A stretch of DNA of 64,000 bases from Candidatus Marinacidobacterales bacterium. Lineage in GTDB: Bacteria > Acidobacteriota > Vicinamibacteria > Marinacidobacterales > SMYC01. Made by a program: the position numbers and the translations under genes. The DNA lies in the NCBI GenBank assembly GCA_965237955.1, contig OZ250169.1, positions 928,001 through 992,000 on the forward strand, in the 5' to 3' direction. Below, one piece after another: positions 56,091 to 64,000 of the stretch (positions within the stretch are counted from its first letter, which is position 1; each line of letters starts with the position of its first letter). A model generated the notes under the pieces. That model was not told where the DNA came from. It saw nothing but the letters and a program-made list of their open reading frames with translations, and made no database searches.

Positions 56091-56232
56091 AATCAGTTCG
56101 GGATACGCACGGAACCGTTTGGCAGCCCAACTTACTCCCCGACGGTCGCTTGGGATTCAGGCTTGTCCATCTCAGCCATCCGGTTCAATACATTGCACCC
56201 GATCCTTGCCTCCCGCTTCTGCGATTCGTAGT
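56091..56232 (-). mobile_element. 3'-end remnant of an IS903-group element
   Basis: Closely matches 32908-33048; terminal IR replaced by the third 54-bp repeat. Confidence 0.75.
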
Positions 56233-56406
56233 CGCGATCCGCTTACGCCGGCGATGTTGGCGTACGCTCCTGCTCTCATCTCTGTCTTCAGGGCTCGTCG
56301 CAAGCACCGATCGGTCGGCACCGCAGCCGCGTCGTGACAGTGGCTCTCCCCTCCGTACATCGGCCGTCTCCGCCACTTTGACTTAGAGGCCGCAGACTTG
56401 CCTGGC

Positions 56407-57486
56407 TCACGCCAGCCCACTTCCCGACCGCCTAACGACGTCGGCCGAGTGTGCGGAGTCCCTTATCCGCATTACATCGCCGAGCGTGATCCCTTCCTTG
56501 ACCGTGAGAATCAACCCGATTGTCAATACTGGTAGGTTGTGCAGAAGGTGTGCAGCGATCGCCGCTGCCACGGTAGGCTCCGCCTCCACTGCATAGACCT
56601 GTGTAAGGGCAAGCCGGTAGGCTTCATGGAATCCCCCCACCATGCCGGGAGTCGGGATCGAAACACCGACGGTGAGGAACGCAATCACGAGGAAGCTGGC
56701 ATGGACCGGCAACTCGACGTCGAAGGCGCGGTAGCTGCAGTGTATGCCCAAAGCTATAGCGAACCACACGAGCAAAGATTGACCAAAGATCGCACCGAGA
56801 TGTGCTGGTGAAGCCTTAAGCACTGCGAGCCCATCTCCGAATGATCGAAGTATGCGAGTGGCGACCGACGCAGGGCGGGCCGGGAGTCGACGCAACAAGC
56901 CCCGCACGAATCGCATCGTTAGCTCATTTTGAAGTTGAAACGCAAACAACAGTCCGCCTAAGACCATGGCGAACAAACCGGCAATCGCGCCCGCCACTTT
57001 CAAGACCCCTATTAGAGGTCCGATCTGCTGCACCGACGGCGTTGGGAGAACGTATAGGTACAAGCTGAACAGAAGGAGCACTGTCACCAGATCTACTAGT
57101 CGTTCTAAAACGATTGACGCAAAAGCAGTTGGGAAGGGCACACAATGGTGGCGCCCGATCAAATATGGCCGCAGAAGCTCGGCAGCTCGTGGAATGAAAA
57201 GTGCTGCCATGAAGCCCACGAACGTGGCCGAAACGAGGCGGCCTAAAGGGACTTGGACCACAGGCTTTAGCAGGTAACCCCAGCGCCACGCTCGGACTAA
57301 GAACGTGAGGAGCGATGCCAGGACAACGCCGAGCAGATAGCCCCGGTGTGCACCGCGGTACCTGTCTGCCAGCGCAGTCCATTCGATGCCGCGGAAAAAG
57401 AGGAACAGTAGCACCGCCATGGCTGTGATTCCTAGTACCCAGCGGCCGGATCGTTGCACCTGGCCTAACCTCACCGGCACCTCCAC
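56407..57486 (-). CDS. Lysylphosphatidylglycerol synthase TM-domain / flippase-like protein
   Basis: VRAWRW, PRAAELLRP, VLERLVD, PTPGMVGGFH; multi-pass membrane protein. Confidence 0.88.
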   Translation of the reverse strand: MEVPVRLGQVQRSGRWVLGITAMAVLLFLFFRGIEWTALADRYRGAHRGYLLGVVLASLLTFLVRAWRWGYLLKPVVQVPLGRLVSATFVGFMAALFIPRAAELLRPYLIGRHHCVPFPTAFASIVLERLVDLVTVLLLFSLYLYVLPTPSVQQIGPLIGVLKVAGAIAGLFAMVLGGLLFAFQLQNELTMRFVRGLLRRLPARPASVATRILRSFGDGLAVLKASPAHLGAIFGQSLLVWFAIALGIHCSYRAFDVELPVHASFLVIAFLTVGVSIPTPGMVGGFHEAYRLALTQVYAVEAEPTVAAAIAAHLLHNLPVLTIGLILTVKEGITLGDVMRIRDSAHSADVVRRSGSGLA

Positions 57487-57589
57487 GCATCAGGAGAGTC
57501 GACTGTCAAGAACGGAAAGTCGGCGTGTTCGCGTCGTGTCCAAAAATACAAACGAACTCTAAGACCCACGCGCCGGGACGTCACCGAGT

Positions 57590-59164
57590 TCATCTATCAT
57601 TCATCATGGAGAGCGCAACCATTAAGGGCTTGGCAACGCGTTTGTGTTTTTGGACACGACGCGGTCGAAAACTTCCCTCTCCCCGAGTTGGAGCCGCGCT
57701 ATCGGGAAGATCTCGGCTCCCCCCCGCGGCAGCGACAAAGTCAGAGGCCGAGAGTTCGCCTTCCGAAAGCAGAATCCACAGGAGCCGCATAACTTGGTCG
57801 CGATTTTGCAAGAGCGCCCGCAACAAACCCTCCCGGCGGTCTTCGGGTGCTCCCTCGAGTGGAAGATTGAGTGCGAAGCGAACCTGCGCATCTTGATTCT
57901 TGTACGAGGTGTTTATTTCGAATGCAAAGAAGCTCGTCAACGCCGCGGACGAGAGCATCTCGAAGCGTGCGACGGCCCGGCGTTTCGACTGTGCTTCGAG
58001 AGCCACCGACGCGTCAAAACGAAGCGACGTCGGCCAGACACGCACACTACAACCCGCCGGGACAATAGCACCGGAAGAGCGCCGAACCAGATCGATGCTG
58101 TACGTGCGGTCGTCCGCATTCGGCAAAACCTTCGCCGTGAGCTTTGCTGCAGCGATCTGTGAGCGTGCCACGTTCAGCCGTCTTTCCAATTCAGCTTTCG
58201 CTTCGTCGGTGGAAGGGGGCACGTCCCCGCTCGGCGTGAAAGGTTGAAGGAGATCGCGCAATGTTGGAGCATTGTGTACACCTCCTTCTCCCAGCAGCAC
58301 ATCGATGCCGACACGGGTCTTCTTTCCTACGAGCTCGACCAGGAATTCGACGTTGCGCTGAAAAGCCGCAACGGTCGCGTTGGCGGATCCTGTCCACACA
58401 CAAGCATTCCAACCATCGTCGATGACGAAGAGCTTGGCGTGGAGACCAGAAATGGTTGCTTCGTTACCCTCGGAGGCGAGATCGACTTCCGTTCCCTCGG
58501 CATCGGCATTTGCCTCTTCGGCAAGGGTGTAGACCTCGAGATCATGCAACGTCTCACGAGGAAGTCTTTCGAGCTCTTCTGGCCGGGACACGAGTACGAC
58601 TCGCTTTCGCCTAGCCGCAATGCGATCAATCGTGCTCGAGGTCACAAAAGGTGAAACGATCACGCAAGGCCGCCGGTTCTTGGGGAATGGCCAGAGCGCG
58701 CGCGGATGCATCCCGAGCGGGTGAAACGCCACTTCTTCAAAACCTTCGGGCAACTCGAATTCCACACGCCGCACCTCGTCCTGCATTTGCTCGATCCCAG
58801 AGGCAACCTCCGCAGGCAGCGGATGAAGCGTCATCTTCGGGAGCGCGGAAAAGAACTCGCCCAGCGGGCGATTGACGCCGAAAGCATTGCGGCGTTTAGT
58901 GAGATGGCCGTCCAGAACCAAGGCCGTATCCCATGAGCGGTCGAACGTGAGGTTGCGCGATAGGCAGAGCAGCCGGTACCGAACGGGCTCCCCGTCGTCG
59001 GTGGCGACGTAGCGTAGCAGCCAGACCTTCGGATGGAAGACACCACCCTTGTGCGGCGCCTCGACTTCGAAGACTGAATCCTCAAGGTACGCGAGCAGCG
59101 TCTGCCCCGGAGCCGGAACCTTCACCCGTTCAGCCTGACAGAAAAGATGGATGCGCTGCGCATG
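57590..59164 (-). pseudogene. Phospholipase D-family nuclease-like protein, N-terminally truncated and probably C-terminally altered
   Basis: FHPKVWLL...SRNLT and LHAKLF...GSANAT...NVE HKD-type motifs; fused at its 5' side to an IS256 fragment. Confidence 0.8.
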
Positions 59165-59654
59165 GCACAAGCGCGTCAACTTGCTCGAACATTGCCCGGC
59201 GCACGCACGCCGTGAGCTCCGGCGTGACTACAACCGGATCGTCTACGCCAAGAACGGGATCGATGCTCGCAAAGCCTATGACGAGCTCGTCGCCAAGTGG
59301 ACGCCTCTCGCGCCGGCCGTCGTCCGAAGCCTAGAGGAGGCCGGTAATCAGCTGCTGACCTTCTATGAATTCCCTCGTGCCATGTGGAAATCGATTCGAA
59401 CGACCAATGCTCTGGAGAATCTCAACCGCGAGTTTCGACGCCGGACGAAAACCCAAGCGTCGTTCTCCAGCGAGGAGTCCGCGGTCGCTTTGCTGTTTGG
59501 GCTTATCGCCTCTGGCCAGATTCAACTACGACGCATCGACGGCTACCAACGTCTGAGCGAGGTTCTCGAACACGCGGAGGTTGCCGCCTGATCTGATACT
59601 CTGATGACGGAGTGGAGGGCGCCGTTCTTTTTCCACGGACCTCGGGACACATCC
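59153..59654 (+). mobile_element. 3' remnant of IS256-family element
   Basis: RCAWHK.N, IRTTNALENLNREFRRRTK; end TTTTTCCACGGACCTCGGGACACATCC. Confidence 0.85.
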
Positions 59655-60122
59655 TCGAAGACGGTTGCATGACCTTGATGCCACCACTTTTCCGATTGGG
59701 AATAGGTATGAACCAAGGGATTATGGGGTGAATCAGTCCATGGCCCTGTCGGCGACGCGGACCGAGCGACGACCGCCATGTGAGCCGTTGACGGTCCACC
59801 CGTTCCGCCCATTGCAGATACCAAATAGTAAAAGCCGCTCTTGAAAAATAGTTTGGGACTTTCCAAACCTTTAGTTTCCACAATCCACTCTTTGGGATAT
59901 TCCCAGCCGTCGTATACAAGTTCTGGAGGAGCCGTGACTCTCAATCCACCCTCGGAAAGCGGCATCACGAAGCCAACATCGGTATGAAGATACTTCTTAC
60001 CTTCTGGCGTTTGAATGAATCCGGGGTCACCGCCAACGTAAAGATCATCCTCGATAGGGTCTCTATCGACTCGGATGGGCTCGCTCCAGGGTCCTTCCGG
60101 CTTTTCGGAGTTGATTACGAAG

Positions 60123-60774
60123 TTAAATGACCCCCGGCAGAGCCGGGGGCTTATCTTTGTTAGCCCCTCAAAGGGGCAGGTTCATGAGCCGCCTGAAGGC
60201 GGCTGAACCACTATTGGGCCTTCTTGGCCGACCAAACCAGATTCAGCTGCTCTAGGCGTTGATCCTCCTTTTCTTGGTGCCGGATGTATTCACGAACAAC
60301 TTCTTCATCCAAACCTACCGTGGACACGAAGTAGCCCCTCGCCCAGAAACTCTCCCCCGTGAAGTTACGCTTGCGCCTCAGGAAGTTTCGAGCTATCGAA
60401 ATTGCGCTTTTCCCCTTCGGAAGCCCACCACACTCGACACCGCAAACTTCGGTGGAATGCTGATGCACATGTGGACGTGATCGCCCTTCAAATGCCCTTC
60501 CAAGATGCGACTTTCCTTCTGCTTCGCCAGCTCGTGAAAAATCTCTCCCAGATGCCGCCGAATCGCCCCGTAGATTTTCTTCCGTCGGTATTTGGGGATA
60601 AAGACAACATGGTATTTGCAGTCGTACCGCATGTGCGATAGGCTTTCGTAGTTTTTCATTGAGTCCTCCTTGTTTGGAAGTTGGCGCTTTCCAAGGGGGA
60701 CTTTGTTATTACTGCCTCACACGGTCAAACCTCTGCGAGTCACCCCGGCAGAGCCGGGGGTTCACCTGTGATAA
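60123..60774 (-). mobile_element. IS200-group element (tnpA only)
   Basis: Same subterminal hairpin CCCCGGCAGAGCCGGGG at both ends; excision restores GH43 RANFVINSEKPEGPWS. Confidence 0.9.
60211..60659 (-). pseudogene. tnpA: IS200/IS605 Y1 transposase, frameshift near 60420
   Basis: YHVVFIPKYR, DHVHM, FWARGYFVSTVG, YIRHQ. Confidence 0.9.
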
Positions 60775-61531
60775 TTAGCCCTGTTAGGTGGTAAAAGCTC
60801 CTTTGCTTTGCCCGGCCAGGAACCAACCGGCATGTAAATATGGAAGTTGAAGTACTGCAAGTCAATGGCCACAATGCCATCCAGGTCGTCAAAAGTATGC
60901 CTGGTGATAGGTCTCCAGTTGACCAGATCACGCGAATGCCACAACATGATTCCAATCTGGCGGGTAAAGGCCATGTAATAGCCTTCCCCGACTCTGACGA
61001 TGGTCGGGTCGGCGTAATCACCCGCCATGATAGGATTTTGGTAATATCCGTTGCCGAGATCTGCACGGGGCTGGTTCTCCGCCTCGACCCGTTCAACTCG
61101 CTTCTTTGCGTCTTCCGTAAGTGTTTGAGAATTCAAACTCCCAACCAAGACAAGTATGGATAGGGTTGAAACAACGACATTCTTCATTTTCGTGCTCCAT
61201 CGCGGACGAAAGACGCCCGTCAATCGTGTCCGTCGGCTTCCGAACTAAGCTTACGAGACCGTCCATGAGCTCATGGCTGCGGCGGTAGAAGAAGAGGATT
61301 TTTCTCCGTTCACAATACCACCACCGTCTACCCCAGTGACGAGGCTGGTCTCCAACGCGGATGTCCGGTCCTGGGTTTGGCAGGGGGCACTGGGTCGCCA
61401 TCGGCGGGTGGCATCGCCGGCACATGCCCATTTCCACCCTGCCTCGACGCTTTTACTCTTGTCGTCCATCCACGACGACGGAGCCAGCGACGCTACCGCC
61501 CTCCGGCAGGGGTGACGTTCTACCGGTGAAT

Positions 61532-62868
61532 GTCAAGATAGTTGTCGCGAAAAAGGTTAGTCATGCTGCCTGATCTCGATCGTGAGATTCTGTTTTTGTT
61601 CGCTTCGGATTGAGAGTAACTGTTTCTACTGGCGTCCAGTCTCGAGTCTTGCCTGACCAGCGCTCCGGGGTCTTCGCACGCGCGAGTTGGTACACGCGGT
61701 GGCGCTTCGCCAAGATATTCTTGTCGCGTCCTTCATGCCGCTCGTCTGGAGTGACGAAGCGTATGGCACTGTGCCGATGCGCGGTGTTGTACCAGATGAC
61801 GAAAGTCTTGGTCCAGGCGCGAGCATGCTCGACCGAGGAGAAAGCCTCCGAAGGGTATTCCGGCCGGTACTTGAGAGTTCGGAACAGAGCCTCGGAGTAG
61901 GGATTGTCGTCGCTGACGTGGGGTCTGCTGAATGAAGCAACCACACCGAGTTTTTGGAGTGTGGCCAGCATGGTGGAGCCTTTCATGGGACCGCCGTTCT
62001 CCGAATGAAGCACGAGGCCGTCAGGGTCGAGCTTCAAGTAAGCACAGGTCTCCTTGAACAGAGAGGCGGCCAGCTCCGGCGATTCCTTTTCGTGAATCTG
62101 CCATCCGACGATCTTTCGACTCCAAACGTCCTCGATCATATACAGGTAATAGAAACTGCCTCGAACCGGACCACGGAGGTATGTAATATCCCAGGACCAA
62201 AGCTGGTGCGGGCCGGTGGCCTCCTGCTCGTTCGGACGTCTTGACTTGGCGGGTCTCGAACGTTCACGGTGCACCAGTTGCTTGTGCTCGCGCAGTAATC
62301 GATACATCGTGGATTCCGAAGCAAGGTAGATTTCCTGGTCAGCGAGTCGCGGAACAATCTGATTGGGGGATAGGTCGCGCCATTCCGCGGAGTTCACCGT
62401 CTCCAGGATCTCCTGGCGCTCCTCGACGCTCAGCTTGTTCGCTGGAACCGTCCGAGGACCATGGCGCCCATCCTCGACGCCACCGGGCTTACGCCAGCGC
62501 TGAATCGTTTTCACGCTCAATCCCAGTTCGTGGCACACTGAACGCAACCGGGCTCCTGGATGCAACCGCTTCGTCGACGAGGGAGAGGATCATTTCCCGT
62601 TCTTCCACTCCGTGGAGTCGTCCTCGTCCCCCCAGATCGCCGCCGCTTTTTTTTAAGCACCAACAGTGCCGCCGTCTCGGCCAGGGCCTTTTCCTTGCGC
62701 CGCAGCTCCCGCTCGAGCGCTCGCACACGTTTCGCCTCCACCGACGCTTTCTTCCGCGAGCTCTTGCTCTGCAGCGCTTCCATAGATGCCTCCGTGACCC
62801 GGCGCCGCCATTGCTCTAGCTGAGCTTCGTGCAATCCCTTGCGGCGAAGGTACTCACCGAGCTTTCGC
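61532..62868 (-). mobile_element. 3' half of an IS3-family element (orfA C-terminus, A8 slippage tract, orfB 61561-62565)
   Basis: End TGTCAAGATAGTTGTCGC; WSWDITYL, SRPHVSDDNPYSEALFRTLKY; ALLVLKKK. Confidence 0.9.
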
Positions 62869-62966
62869 TCCCAACAGCCTTGTGTCGTAGGCATGCACAA
62901 AGAGCCTCGCGACTCGCCAGTCACAGGTGACTAACCCACGATCGGCGAGATGACGGTAGCCCCCTG

Positions 62967-63533
62967 TGTCAGGATAGTTGTCGCATGTCCCGACGCGGCG
63001 CGGCAAGTTATGATTCCGTGCATCCTGGGGTTCTGTATATATCCAGGAGGAGGGTCCTGTGGGAGCTGTGGGAAACCCGGAGGGTTTTCCAAGCGGCTCG
63101 TTGGAATCGCGAAGCGATTTCAAAGGCCCTGTGGAAGACTTGGGGCACGGACGGAGACGAAGCTCGAAAGTTTCCCCAAGTCTTCCATAGGGCCGTCAGC
63201 CGCGGCAGCTTCCATAGGACATCGGCGCGGATGAAAAAACACAAGGGGGAGGAGAAAGAGGTTGTTAGTGAACTATCCGTAAACATTCAGGGAGAAGATG
63301 GTACTGCGCATGAGCGAGCCGGGCGGAATCAGCGCGAACGCGTTGTCGGAGGAAGTAGGAGTTTCCCAGACATCGCTTTCGAAATGGCTTCGAGACGCAG
63401 CTGGGGTTGAGCCTGTGGCGAAGAAGGTGAACGGCAAATCCATCAAGGCGAAGGTCGGAAAGCGTCCGCAAGATTGGACGGCTGCGGAAAAGCTAGAAGC
63501 GGTTCTGGAATCGGCCTCGTTGTCCGAGCAGGA
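62967..63533 (+). mobile_element. 5' half of the same IS3 type (left end, leader, orfA N-terminus)
   Basis: End TGTCAGGATAGTTGTCGC; GVSQTSLSKW...RPQDWTAAEKLEAVLESASLSEQE. Confidence 0.85.
63056..63218 (+). ncRNA. Candidate structured RNA/ssDNA element in the IS3 leader
   Basis: Closing stem plus three internal hairpins; the non-Watson-Crick positions in these stems are G-U on the + strand. Confidence 0.5.
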
Positions 63534-63571
63534 AGGATTATGAGATTTAAGACCCTTTTAGAGTCCGATTC

Positions 63572-63600
63572 AAGCCATCCTCTTAGGGGTGGTTGTTGAC
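63572..63600 (+). mobile_element. Isolated IS200/IS605-type right-end hairpin
   Basis: AAGCCATCCTCTTAGGGGTGGTTGTTGAC: 9-bp stem followed by TTGAC. Confidence 0.5.
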
Positions 63601-63631
63601 TGGTAGCCACTTTTCAAGTCTCACTAGAAAT

Positions 63632-63654
63632 GGGCGGGGAATTGTTCCCCGCCC
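63632..63654 (-). terminator. Probable intrinsic terminator
   Basis: Perfect GGGCGGGGAA/TTCCCCGCCC stem 12 nt after the stop of the 63667 gene; weak U tract. Confidence 0.6.
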
Positions 63655-63666
63655 TGAGCAATGGGC

Positions 63667-64000
63667 CTATTTTTTGGGTTCGATTCTGAACTTTGAGTTG
63701 ACAGGAGGGATCACAGCCTCTTCCACAGGCCTTTCTAGTTGTGGTACCCAGTCATACGGAACCCGATAAGCGCGATAAACAGTATTTTGAAACTCCACTT
63801 TCTCGCCCAGTTGTGCAACCCAGTCATAGTCATAGGGAGACTGGTCATCAGCATCCCCACTCGTCCAACGGTTTTCCTCATCGGCTCCGAAGTGAACCTG
63901 CCCCGCGTCGACCGCCGCCTCGGCTTTAAAGAATGGGAGAACGTATTCCCAGACTATCTCCAATTCGGGGGTCACCTCGAAAAGGCGCCCCTGGGCACCT
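63667..64000 (-). CDS. C-terminus of arylsulfotransferase (ASST)-like protein (runs off window end)
   Basis: GRLFEVTPELEIVWEYV, NTVYRAYRVPYDW. Confidence 0.7.
   Translation of the reverse strand, partial: GAQGRLFEVTPELEIVWEYVLPFFKAEAAVDAGQVHFGADEENRWTSGDADDQSPYDYDWVAQLGEKVEFQNTVYRAYRVPYDWVPQLERPVEEAVIPPVNSKFRIEPKK

Larger units (their letters stand above)
59655..61187 (-). pseudogene. GH43 glycoside hydrolase, split by IS200, frameshifted and truncated by IS256
   Basis: NPIMAGDYADPTIVRVG, HSRDLVNW, LESPKL, GGTGGPSTAH, GPW, QGHATV. Confidence 0.88.

Noticed and set aside
63632-63654. GTTCCCCGC motif resembling a type I-E repeat
   Set aside because: Single perfect hairpin just after a stop codon; fits a terminator

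Overview
This 64 kb window is GC-rich bacterial DNA. The gene content (PSD1/DUF1501 pair, PD40-amidohydrolase, sulfatase, PQQ-like propellers) suggests Acidobacteriota/Vicinamibacteria-like origin, which is inference only. The window is a heavily eroded accessory mosaic: by my count about half of the non-IS genes are truncated, frameshifted or carry in-frame stops. Elements or remnants of at least eight IS types are present (IS3 x3, IS5/IS903-like, IS21, ISAzo13, IS630 plus a cognate MITE, IS256, IS200/IS605, and an unclassified rve-integrase element). Apparently intact genes include an OprO/P porin, a UDG-family glycosylase, an amidohydrolase, ftcD, DUF1501/PSD1, an alkaline-phosphatase-family enzyme, a SAM methyltransferase, a 1-Cys peroxiredoxin, a benzoate-CoA ligase, a cupredoxin and a flippase-like protein. 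A defence island at about 41.5-55.7 kb holds a type I-E Cascade remnant (cse2-cas7-cas5 fragment; no cas3/cas8/cas1/cas2 and no array in the window), a type I R-M operon (hsdM-mrr-hsdS-hsdR) with a doubly inactivated Mrr-like gene, and a DUF2924 + large serine recombinase module. The most unusual signals are a ~163-nt multi-stem, G-U-rich structure in an IS3 leader (63056-63218), a triple 54-bp stack of rve-element ends (55.7-56.1 kb), a head-to-head IS630/MITE pair in one CTAG site, and an IS3 split into two complementary inverted halves. I see no intact, clearly novel multi-gene system. No rRNA, tRNA or CRISPR array is supported. All family assignments come from motif recognition by eye, without database searches.
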